This document shows positions 18,680 through 26,974 of a DNA stretch of 64,000 nucleotides, piece by piece. Each line of letters opens with the position of its first letter. Positions within the stretch are counted from its first letter, which is position 1. The position numbers and the translations under genes are program-made. The notes beneath the pieces were generated by a model. That model was not told the DNA's origin and did not search any database. It saw only the letters and a list, made by a program, of their open reading frames with translations. Source of the DNA: an uncultured Actinomycetes bacterium (GTDB lineage: Bacteria > Actinomycetota > Actinomycetes > UBA12327); contig CAIXNN010000009.1 in assembly GCA_903920865.1 (NCBI GenBank), forward strand, positions 13,287 through 77,286, given 5' to 3'.

Positions 18680-20266
18680 TTATTGAGCGCTCCTCATAGC
18701 AACGGCGGGGCTAAGTCTTGATACTCGGAAACCACCGGCGAAGCCTGCCAATAGCCCACCGAGAAGGGCAAGTCCTAGGGCAAGCAGGATTGTGACCGAC
18801 GAAATTGTTGCCTGCAAATTAATCGATGTTGTTGTGCCGGACTGTGCGCGGCGTGCAAATTGGCCACCTCCAAAATCAGGCGGACCATTTCCTGATCCGC
18901 CCCTGCTAAAGGATCCAAACTGAGAAACGGAAGCGGTAAGTCCGGGAGAGAAGTGGTTAAAGGCCCAAATTCCCACGAGTCCTAAGCAAATTCCAAAAAG
19001 TCCGCCAATAAGTCCGCTCACAACAGACTCGGCCATAACTTGCTTAATGATGCGGCTATTGCGCCAGCCAAGGGCCTTGAGTGTTCCTAGTTCCTTGGTC
19101 CGCCGATTAATTCCTGAGTTGGTAAAGAGCATGGCGATAAGGAATGCGGCGATGAGGACTATCAAACTGAGCCATCCACCCAGATTATCCACTAAGTCAG
19201 AAACGTTAGCCAAGGATCCCGAAACAGATGAGGCTAAGTCGGCAGAACTGTTAACTGTCGTACTGGGAAGGGACTTCGTGAGTGAAGTCTTGACTTCACT
19301 AATCTTGGAATTATTAGTGGCTTGTACAAATATCGTTGTTACCTGAGTCTTGTGAGCTGAAAGATTTTGTGCAACGTCGAGCGGGATATATGCGTTGTTC
19401 GCCGTCTCCGAATTTGCAGAACTTGGCGCAACGATCCCGACAATTTTGAAGGACTTTCCACCAATCTTGAGTGTTCCGCCAATTTTGAGTTTGGCCCCGT
19501 TGGCGTAGGTTGCATCAACTACGGCGACATCCTGGCCCTTATCAGATGCCCTCAAGGGTCGACCGGACTGGATTTTTGTCGAACTTAGCGGTCCGATACT
19601 GAGGTTGGACGTGTCCACACCGGCAACGGAAAAACTGTCAATGCCAAAGCGGCTTCCACCTTGTCCGTCAAACCCGCCTATCGGTGGTCCGGGTTGAACT
19701 GTCGTTGACTGGGTGGTCTGTGGGGCCGGGGATTGATTTTGGCTTTGCTGTGCGGACCCTTGTGAACCGGGAGTGTTGGGACCTTGAGGACTGGAAGGGT
19801 TGCCTTGAGACTGGCGGTACGTGTTGAACTGATTGATGGTTTTGCTGAATGTGGGCAGGTCGCCGCTGAACGAAACATTTCTGAGTTGCAAAACCCCAGC
19901 TGCGCCGGTGACCCCTGGTGTCGACTTAATCTTCGAGAGTTCTTGTGCAGTCAGCGTTCCCGACCCGGGGCCAAGAATTAGTCGATTCGACGACAGGCTT
20001 CGAGTGCCCCCGCTCGTGCTTCCCTGTGTCCCGCCAAAGAGAAAGCTTTGTGGTCCGCCGTCGACGCCAACGGCTGATTTTGTGACGGTCAAGTCTGTGC
20101 CAATTCCGTACAGTGCGGAAAGAGCTTCGCTTTGAGCGTTACGAATTCCCGATGAGACGCCATTGACTGTTATGACTAGGGCGATGGCCACCGCCAGGCC
20201 GGAAGATATGAGGATGGTTTGCCGAACGCGCTTTGTGAGCTCGCGCCGAAGGTAGATTAAGAACAT
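18680..20266 (-). CDS. ABC transporter permease, FtsX/MacB type, with a large extracytoplasmic domain containing a Q/S/T/P/G-rich low-complexity segment
   Basis: N-terminal TM, then a roughly 330-aa periplasmic domain, then 3 C-terminal TMS in FtsX-like arrangement. Contiguous with the ATPase gene. Confidence 0.85.
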   Translation of the reverse strand: MFLIYLRRELTKRVRQTILISSGLAVAIALVITVNGVSSGIRNAQSEALSALYGIGTDLTVTKSAVGVDGGPQSFLFGGTQGSTSGGTRSLSSNRLILGPGSGTLTAQELSKIKSTPGVTGAAGVLQLRNVSFSGDLPTFSKTINQFNTYRQSQGNPSSPQGPNTPGSQGSAQQSQNQSPAPQTTQSTTVQPGPPIGGFDGQGGSRFGIDSFSVAGVDTSNLSIGPLSSTKIQSGRPLRASDKGQDVAVVDATYANGAKLKIGGTLKIGGKSFKIVGIVAPSSANSETANNAYIPLDVAQNLSAHKTQVTTIFVQATNNSKISEVKTSLTKSLPSTTVNSSADLASSVSGSLANVSDLVDNLGGWLSLIVLIAAFLIAMLFTNSGINRRTKELGTLKALGWRNSRIIKQVMAESVVSGLIGGLFGICLGLVGIWAFNHFSPGLTASVSQFGSFSRGGSGNGPPDFGGGQFARRAQSGTTTSINLQATISSVTILLALGLALLGGLLAGFAGGFRVSRLSPAVAMRSAQ

Positions 20267-20419
20267 TCATATTCCTTCGCCTAGCCGGTTGTGTGTTCTG
20301 ATCATCCCCGTAGGCTTGTACGTAAGCAACGGCCAACACCCTAAATCCCCCCTAAATGAATCAAGGCCACCTTTGGGATTCACGTCAAACTGTTTTGTGG
20401 GGCATGGCATCCTTTCCTT

Positions 20420-21130
20420 ATGTGCGGGCGATATGCCGCAGGCCGGCAACCAGATCAACTTATGGAGCAGTTCCATGTCGATATTGATGCCACGGCAGGC
20501 AATGCACCCGGGCCAAGTTTCAACGTCGCGCCTACGACCGATGTCCTAGTCGTTGTCGAATCTAAAGAACATCGTCGTCAGCTGTCCGTTATGCGATGGG
20601 GCCTGGTTCCGTCATGGGCCAAGGACACATCAATGGCCTCGCGCATGATCAATGCGCGCGCTGAGACAGTGGCGACTAAGCCATCTTTTCGTCATGCCTT
20701 TGCCAAGCAGCGATGCATCGTGCCAGCCGACGGTTTCTACGAATGGCAAGCCGGACATGTTGATTCAGCTGGCAAACCGAGAAAGCAGCCGTTTTTTGTT
20801 CGCCCGGTTGATGGAACGAGTTTGCCGATGGCCGGTCTGTATGAACTTTGGCATGATCCGAGCAAATTTGGCCAAGACGATGAAATCTTGATCACCTGCA
20901 CGATCTTGACCACTCAAGCTACTGATGAATTTGCCTCGATTCATGACCGCATGCCGGTGGTTATCCAGTCGCGCAATTGGGACGCATGGTTAGACCGTGA
21001 CTTGACGAACAAAGAACAAGTCGCCTCTTTGCTAGAACCTGCGGGCGCATTGGAGTTAGAGCTCTACCCAGTAGGCACTGCGGTCAATTCAGTGCGTAAC
21101 AACTCAGTGGAACTGACTCGGCCTTTGTAG
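20420..21130 (+). CDS. SOS response-associated peptidase (SRAP/YedK, abasic-site processing protein)
   Basis: Canonical MCGRY N-terminus (catalytic Cys2) and the SRAP core ...MRWGLVPSWAKD...PADGFYEW. Confidence 0.9.
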   Translation: MCGRYAAGRQPDQLMEQFHVDIDATAGNAPGPSFNVAPTTDVLVVVESKEHRRQLSVMRWGLVPSWAKDTSMASRMINARAETVATKPSFRHAFAKQRCIVPADGFYEWQAGHVDSAGKPRKQPFFVRPVDGTSLPMAGLYELWHDPSKFGQDDEILITCTILTTQATDEFASIHDRMPVVIQSRNWDAWLDRDLTNKEQVASLLEPAGALELELYPVGTAVNSVRNNSVELTRPL

Positions 21131-21139
21131 GACGGCTTC

Positions 21140-21165
21140 GGAATAGATCTGGTCCTGGAGGAGTT
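21140..21165 (+). promoter_or_regulatory. SigH/SigR-type promoter (GGAAT-N18-GTT) immediately upstream of the sigma factor gene
   Basis: GGAAT at 21140-21144, an 18-nt spacer, and GTT at 21163-21165. The ATG is 9 nt downstream, implying a leaderless or near-leaderless transcript. Confidence 0.5.
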
Positions 21166-21174
21166 GGATGAGGT

Positions 21175-21792
21175 ATGGCCACGCTAGAGATTCCGGTAGC
21201 GTTGGATTCGATGGAATCCCCACAGGAACGCCAAGAGCGCTTTGAGCGCGATGCAATGCCGCTTTTGGATCAGCTCTATAGCGCGGCATTGCGTTTGACG
21301 CGCAACCCGCAAGATGCTGAAGACCTAGTCCAAGACACCTTTGCGAAAGCCTTTGCATCCTTCCATCAATACAAGGACGGAACCAATCTGAAGGCCTGGA
21401 TGTACCGGATCTTGACCAACACCTTCATCAACTCCTACCGCAAGAAGCAGCGCGAACCGTTACAAAGCGATGCAGAAGGCGTAGAGGATTGGCAACTGGT
21501 GCGAGCCGAAGCCCACACCTCGCGTGGATTGCGCAGTGCCGAAACTGAGGCGTTAGATCATCTACCCGATTCTGATGTGAAGAAGGCTTTGCAGGAGATT
21601 CCATCGGACTTTCGCATGGCCGTTTACTTTGCCGATGTTGAAGGTTTTTCCTACAAGGAAATTGCTGAAATCATGGGGACGCCAATTGGCACTGTGATGT
21701 CAAGACTGAACAGGGGCCGCTCACTCTTGCGCGACCTACTGGCTGACTATGCCCGTGAGCGTGGGCTTATCCCGGCAGGAGATGCCTCATGA
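21175..21792 (+). CDS. sigH: ECF RNA polymerase sigma factor, SigH/SigR-like
   Basis: Region 2 is [13 protein letters not shown]...AWMYRILTN. Region 4 is [25 protein letters not shown]. It is followed by an overlapping zinc anti-sigma gene. Confidence 0.8.
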   Translation: MATLEIPVALDSMESPQERQERFERDAMPLLDQLYSAALRLTRNPQDAEDLVQDTFAKAFASFHQYKDGTNLKAWMYRILTNTFINSYRKKQREPLQSDAEGVEDWQLVRAEAHTSRGLRSAETEALDHLPDSDVKKALQEIPSDFRMAVYFADVEGFSYKEIAEIMGTPIGTVMSRLNRGRSLLRDLLADYARERGLIPAGDAS

Positions 21793-22043
21793 CCAAGATT
21801 GTCTTTGATTGCACGCAGGTCAGCTTTTTCCTTCATCAATTCATCGACGGTGAAGCCGATGAGGCAACCTGTGCGGCGATGCGCCTACACCTGCAAGGGT
21901 GTCAGGAATGCGAACAAAGTTTGGGCGCTGGACAGTCAGTCAAAGCCTTAGTGGCGCGCGCCTGTGGGTGCGAAGAAGCACCGGCGAATCTGAGAGAAAA
22001 GGTCACCATCACGCTGGCAAGCGTGGAGATTGAGCAGGATTAA
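21789..22043 (+). CDS. rshA: Zinc-binding anti-sigma factor (RsrA/RshA-like, ZAS)
   Basis: 84 aa with an ATGA overlap to sigH. ZAS Cys/His motif ...H-x3-C-x2-C (HLQGCQEC) plus an upstream Cys. Confidence 0.75.
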   Translation: MTKIVFDCTQVSFFLHQFIDGEADEATCAAMRLHLQGCQECEQSLGAGQSVKALVARACGCEEAPANLREKVTITLASVEIEQD

Positions 22044-22114
22044 GCGTTCGGCTTCTTGCCGTGGTTGGCGCCATTCTTCTTACGGGAACGACGCTTACGT
22101 GCGCGCTTGCTCAT
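22040..22114 (-). CDS. Unannotated 24-aa highly basic peptide, probable ribosomal protein bL37-like
   Basis: ATG at 22112-22114 with a GGAG SD 7 nt upstream. Translates [24 protein letters not shown]. Same length and C-terminal ANHGK.PNA pattern as the actinobacterial bL37 peptide (sequence recalled from memory). Below the ORF-track size cut-off. Confidence 0.5.
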   Translation of the reverse strand: MSKRARKRRSRKKNGANHGKKPNA

Positions 22115-22197
22115 CTGAGAACTCCAAAGTCATGTGGTGAGGTCCTAACCCTAGCGCGTTGAAAATCGCCGTCGCCGTAGGGCTAGAAGTTGCCCTG

Positions 22198-23430
22198 TTA
22201 GCCAGAGATTCGGCGGTTTAGCGCGTCAAGCACAGAGCGCGCCACTGCATCAGCTTCATCGCCACGGACCAGGGCTGAACCGGTCAGCGATTGTTCGCCA
22301 ATTCGAGGAGTCAGTACGGATACCACGGTCAGAACGATCGACTTCATTGCGCTGGGAACGATCATGACCGATTCAATGTCGGCCTGCTGACCAAGCAGTT
22401 CAGTTACCGCACGCAGGGTGGCTTGCGCAATCAAGCGCGGTCGGTGCGAGATATTGCTCGGTCCAACAACTTGACCTTCGAACAGTTCTCCGTTGGTGAC
22501 AAGCGTGACGGTGGCCTCGGCTTCGTCGCCGCTGGTGCGCACCATGATCGCGCTGATGGAGGGTCGTGGTCCGGCTTCTTCGCTGGCTGCTGCTGAGCTT
22601 GTTGCGCTCTCAGCAGCTACATCGGCCACGACATCGGGCATCGCAATGACTCGTGCAGTGGCTTGCGTTCCACCGCCAAAACTTGCTGCGTGCCGGCCAG
22701 AGCCAGAATCTGGGACGACAGTTAGTCCCACTGGGGCACTCTCACGGGCATCTAATTCAATAACCTCGTTGCTGGTCTCAGCAGTTGCTTCGGCCACGTT
22801 GTCATGGTGTCCGTCATTTTGTTCCGGTGTGGGCGGCGCAACTGGGACAGTGCCCAGGTCGGCATCTTCAAGCTGGACCACACTGACAATGCGGTGATCG
22901 ATCTCGAGATCAAATTGGGCGATGGCAAGGGATTGGACATCACGGACAATTTGTTTAGGAGTGCGACCAGTCATGGCCAAGATGTGAATCTCAGTGGGAT
23001 CAGCTGTTCCGTTGGTGACCACGCTTGCGGCCCGCACACCTTGAATCTGACTCACGGCAGCCTCAAAGTCAGGGCGAAGTCGCAGGGTGGTCACGTCAAC
23101 TTCTCCTTCGGAGGAAGCCGCCAGTGGTGGCGAGGAAAAATTATTTGAACTCGGTTTTACAACCGTAAGCCCCGCAACCAGTAAGCGTGGGCGGCGCGCC
23201 GGTTGCACACTGGGCTCAATGGGTGTTTCAGATCTCGCGGACACCGGAATTGACGCGGAGGGCTGGACTTGCTCGGAGGCAGGTTCTTCAGCTGAATCCA
23301 CTACCGCCAACAGACCTGGCAGGGTTTGAATGAGAAATTCGCTCTCGCTGATGCCCTGTGAGCGCAGCCCTAAGAGCCCCTTGATCAGGAGTGTGTAGGC
23401 CTGCAGGCGCTCATTGTTGGGGTCAGTCAC
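22198..23430 (-). CDS. Hypothetical protein with a long A/S/E/P-rich disordered linker
   Basis: 410 aa with a GTG start. Conserved-looking N-terminal 35 aa and two C-terminal globular segments. No motif recognised. Confidence 0.45.
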   Translation of the reverse strand: MTDPNNERLQAYTLLIKGLLGLRSQGISESEFLIQTLPGLLAVVDSAEEPASEQVQPSASIPVSARSETPIEPSVQPARRPRLLVAGLTVVKPSSNNFSSPPLAASSEGEVDVTTLRLRPDFEAAVSQIQGVRAASVVTNGTADPTEIHILAMTGRTPKQIVRDVQSLAIAQFDLEIDHRIVSVVQLEDADLGTVPVAPPTPEQNDGHHDNVAEATAETSNEVIELDARESAPVGLTVVPDSGSGRHAASFGGGTQATARVIAMPDVVADVAAESATSSAAASEEAGPRPSISAIMVRTSGDEAEATVTLVTNGELFEGQVVGPSNISHRPRLIAQATLRAVTELLGQQADIESVMIVPSAMKSIVLTVVSVLTPRIGEQSLTGSALVRGDEADAVARSVLDALNRRISG

Positions 23431-23975
23431 TGGTTCAGCGTAGGTCAGGACCCAAAATCAGGCGTGGCGAGCCTGCCTTGGCTTGAGCCGTTTGGGCCAT
23501 TTCAGGCGGTAGATTGTGCCTAGGCACTGGCAGGGCTTGACTCCAGTGACTTCACACCGTTCACTTGAAGCACTACAGCCTCACAAGCCCCGGAGCTTGT
23601 CAGGCTCTATCAGGTTCGTTGGGTAAGCCCAAAGAGCCGGTGACAACTAAAGAGAGCGATACCGGGATCGGCAGCGTGGTGACTCGCATTCTGTTTGGCA
23701 GAACCAAACAGAGGAACGTATGTCTGCACTTTCCAGCATTCGTTTTGCTCCACTTGAGCGGACTTGTCCGCTCTTCCCCCAAGCGGAGCGGATCTTGCAT
23801 GCTCAACTAGCGGCGAGCGTGACATTAATCCCTGGGGGTGTTACCCACCATGTTTAAGATGCTTCTCGAGCCAGGCGTTTCCTGGCGTTAATGTGAGCCA
23901 TCCCGCTGTCGATCCCAGTGTCGCTCTCACGCAGAAAGCAAGAGCTAAAGCTAGTTTGACTTGGCAGGAGCATTG

Positions 23976-25370
23976 ATGCGCGAGCTTCCCCGCAATGCGC
24001 GATTGGTGATTGTCACCGTCGTTGCTGCATCGCTTGGGTTAAGCATTTTTGCCATTGGACAAATCCAGCAGTGGTTACCCATTTTGGTTTTTGCGGTTCT
24101 TTATGTCCTTGCCGATTCGCTACCGGTTGGACCAGGCACCCGAACCGCAGGTTTGACAATTACCGTGACCACTCCGGTTGCTATTGCTGCCTACATCGTG
24201 CTTGGGATTTGGGGCGGAGTTCTTGTCGCCGTGGCTTCGGTGTGCGACGTGACCCGAATCGCTCCGGTCAAACGAGTGTTCAACGCCGGTCAGTTGGTCA
24301 TCGCGGTGGCCGCTGGTGGGTCGATTTACGCCCTTCTAGGCGGCACTTCGACCCTGGACCCCTCCAGCTTCCCCAAGGTGCTTATCCCTGCCTTGGTCAG
24401 CGGTGTGGTTTACGCCTTCATTAACTCGCTCTTGGTTGGCGTGGTCATCGCCATCGTGGAAGATGCCTCATCAATCCGACTTTTGCGCGACATCTTGTTG
24501 CGAACCCTGCTGCCTGGAGTTGCGTACTCAGCACTGGGCATGGTCTTGGCTGTGCTGTGGACTCAAGTTGGACCACTTGCTTTGGCATTCGGATTGCTGC
24601 CGTTATTTGTTGCCCGCTGGGCCATGGGACAGTTTGCCGCCGAACAACAGGCCTACAGCGCAACGATTCGCTCGTTGGTGCAAGCAGTGGAAACCAAGGA
24701 TGCCTATACCCGCGGTCATAGCGAACGAGTAGCGCGCGCTTCAGTTCTTATTGGCCAAGCTATGACAATTTCCGATGATCGATTGCAAGCTTTGGAATAT
24801 GCCGGCACCTTGCATGACGTTGGAAAACTCGGTGTGCCCACGACCGTTTTGCGTAAGAGTGGCAAATTGACCAAGGAAGAGTTTGAAGCAATCAAACTGC
24901 ACCCCACTCGTGGCCATGACATTGTGCGAGATATCCGCTTCCTCGATGAAGCCCTTGCTGGCATCTATCACCACCACGAACGCATTGATGGACTTGGTTA
25001 CCCCTCTGGTCTGAAGGGTGATCAAATCCCCGAATTTGCCCGAATGATTGCCGTCGCTGATGCCTTTGATTCGATGACCTCCACGCGGTCCTATCGATCA
25101 GCCCGCAGCGTCGATGAGGCAATGGATGAATTGCTGATTTGTCGTGGGACCCAGTTCGACCCGCAGATGGTTGATGCCTTGATTTTCGCGGTGTCACAGG
25201 TTGGCTGGGAGCCGGCGAAACCGCCGACTGCAGACGAGCTGATCGCTCAACAGGGTGGACCGGTCTTTGACGACGATGATCCACTGGTTGCCGAGCCACG
25301 TGCGGTGGCCATCGGAGAACAGCGCGCTGAGTCTGAGTCTGTCCAGCGGCAGGACGGTGTTCGGCCATGA
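23976..25370 (+). CDS. Membrane-anchored HD-GYP domain protein (c-di-GMP phosphodiesterase class) with a 7TM-type sensor domain
   Basis: About 230 aa with 6-7 TMS, then an HD-GYP domain with all motifs: H..LHDVGKLGVP, HHHERIDGLGYP. Confidence 0.85.
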   Translation: MRELPRNARLVIVTVVAASLGLSIFAIGQIQQWLPILVFAVLYVLADSLPVGPGTRTAGLTITVTTPVAIAAYIVLGIWGGVLVAVASVCDVTRIAPVKRVFNAGQLVIAVAAGGSIYALLGGTSTLDPSSFPKVLIPALVSGVVYAFINSLLVGVVIAIVEDASSIRLLRDILLRTLLPGVAYSALGMVLAVLWTQVGPLALAFGLLPLFVARWAMGQFAAEQQAYSATIRSLVQAVETKDAYTRGHSERVARASVLIGQAMTISDDRLQALEYAGTLHDVGKLGVPTTVLRKSGKLTKEEFEAIKLHPTRGHDIVRDIRFLDEALAGIYHHHERIDGLGYPSGLKGDQIPEFARMIAVADAFDSMTSTRSYRSARSVDEAMDELLICRGTQFDPQMVDALIFAVSQVGWEPAKPPTADELIAQQGGPVFDDDDPLVAEPRAVAIGEQRAESESVQRQDGVRP

Positions 25371-26665
25371 CGACCTTGGAGGCTGTTCGCCCGAGATCGG
25401 GCTCCCATGAGGCTGGTTTGACTGCTTCGGTTTTGCTGGCCGTTGCGGCCTTGATCGTTACGGTTATTTCATTGTGTGCCACCGCCATTGGTGGGGTTCG
25501 TCAACCACTGATCGCTTTGGCTTTTGGTGTATTCATCGGTGTTGGCGCATTTTTGAGATTGCGCCTGCCGGGGGATCGTGAAGTGTGGCCGGTTGCAACT
25601 GCTGGTGCATTGGCTTATTCGGTGTTGCCATGGTTCGGTGGCGTCAAAGCCGAGCATGCTGCGTACCAAGCCGTTACCGTCACCGCTGTTGCCATGGTGT
25701 TGGGAATGATTCCTCACGTCATCGCCTCTCGCTTGCCGGCGTTGGACTTGATGTCCCGACAAATTTTGTCAGTTGCATTAGCTGCGTTTTTGTTCCGTCC
25801 ACTGTGGGTTTATGCGGAAGGCCAAAGTTTTCCGGCCTGGCAAATTTCTTTGATCATGGTTGCGGTCTGCATTCTGGCTTTACTGGCTGATGCGGTCATG
25901 GCATCGGTTGTTCGGGCCGCAAAAACTCGCGCGCCCTTCCTGCGGACCCTTGGGGACGAATTGCAGGCCGGCCTGGGGCTGAACTCGGCCGTTGCTGCCA
26001 CCGCCGTCATGATCTCCATGACCTCAAGTGCGATGGCCTACTGGTCGCTACCAGTTTTCGCCTTGCAGATGGTCTTGGTGCAGGTGGCTTTCAAGCGATA
26101 CGCCATGATCCGCTCGACGTATCGCCAAACTATTCGTGCCTTGTCTCGGGTCACTGAGGTCGGTGGCTACACCGAAACCGGGCATGCTCGTCGAGTCTGC
26201 GACATTTCGTTAGCGGTGGGCCGCGAGATGGGTATGGCTGAGACAGATCTTCTCAACTTGGAATATGCCGCGCTCATGCATGACATCGGTCAGCTGTCCC
26301 TGGACGACCCAATTCCCGGTGGTGCCACTGTTGTCGCAGCGCCGTACCAACAGCGCCAAATTGCCGAAAAGGGTGCCGATGTCATTGTTCAAACCGGCGT
26401 ACTTGATGAAGTAGCGCGCATCGTTCGTCACATTCCTGATCCTTATCGACGACCGCAAGAGGCTGCTGACTTGAGTGTGCCCTTGGGGAGCCGAATCATC
26501 CGAGCGGTCAATGCTTTTGACGACTTAGTGGGTGGATCGCTAGAGGGCAGTCGCCGCTATGAGGCGCTGGAGCGATTGCGTTTGGGCATGGTTTATGACT
26601 TTGACCCGAAAGTTGTCGAGACTTTGTCCCGAATTGTTGAGCGCAACACTTCTTTTGCAATGTAG
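25367..26665 (+). CDS. Membrane-anchored HD-GYP-like paralogue with degenerate catalytic motifs
   Basis: Same architecture as the preceding gene. HD is retained (LMHDIGQLSL) but the HHExxDGxGYP segment is absent. ATGA start overlap with the upstream gene. Confidence 0.75.
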   Translation: MTTLEAVRPRSGSHEAGLTASVLLAVAALIVTVISLCATAIGGVRQPLIALAFGVFIGVGAFLRLRLPGDREVWPVATAGALAYSVLPWFGGVKAEHAAYQAVTVTAVAMVLGMIPHVIASRLPALDLMSRQILSVALAAFLFRPLWVYAEGQSFPAWQISLIMVAVCILALLADAVMASVVRAAKTRAPFLRTLGDELQAGLGLNSAVAATAVMISMTSSAMAYWSLPVFALQMVLVQVAFKRYAMIRSTYRQTIRALSRVTEVGGYTETGHARRVCDISLAVGREMGMAETDLLNLEYAALMHDIGQLSLDDPIPGGATVVAAPYQQRQIAEKGADVIVQTGVLDEVARIVRHIPDPYRRPQEAADLSVPLGSRIIRAVNAFDDLVGGSLEGSRRYEALERLRLGMVYDFDPKVVETLSRIVERNTSFAM

Positions 26666-26687
26666 TTGACAGCCCTGCCCATAGGAT

Positions 26688-26909
26688 GTGGGCATGGCAG
26701 AAGAAGTGCGGGCAGAGCTTGTTGCCAATATCGCCAAGGTCGTGGTCAAGGTTGGTGACGCCGTCCAGCCAGGTGACATGGTGATTTTGTTGGAGTCCAT
26801 GAAGATGGAAATTCCCATGCTGGTGGAATTTGCTGGGACCGTGGCCGCGATTCATGTCCAGGAGGGCGATGTGGTCCAAGAGGGCGACATCGTGGTCGAA
26901 ATCGCCTAA
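26688..26909 (+). CDS. Small biotin/lipoyl-attachment domain protein (TB7.3-like biotinylated protein)
   Basis: 73 aa with the biotinyl-lysine motif ESMKME, matching the E(A/S)MKM consensus. Confidence 0.8.
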   Translation: MGMAEEVRAELVANIAKVVVKVGDAVQPGDMVILLESMKMEIPMLVEFAGTVAAIHVQEGDVVQEGDIVVEIA

Positions 26910-26974
26910 TTCCGGCTCAAATTCGCCTAGCCCAAATGGGTTAAGGAACCGGCATTATCTGCCGATAACTCAGT

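Noticed and set aside
23431-23975. c-di-GMP (GEMM) riboswitch upstream of the HD-GYP gene
   Set aside because: The conserved GGCAAACC / GACGCAAAGCC type elements of GEMM-I (and class II features) are not visible. Region kept as an unassigned structured non-coding region instead.
24892-25488. Long antisense ORFs overlapping confirmed genes (for example 24892..25488, 8987..9430, 46801..47409, 48581..49156, 54000..54368 'LSRLLSRLL')
   Set aside because: High-GC genomes yield long stop-free frames on the non-coding strand. These lack SDs and motifs and sit opposite genes with clear homology. The LSRLL repeat ORF is simply the antisense of the rho minisatellite.
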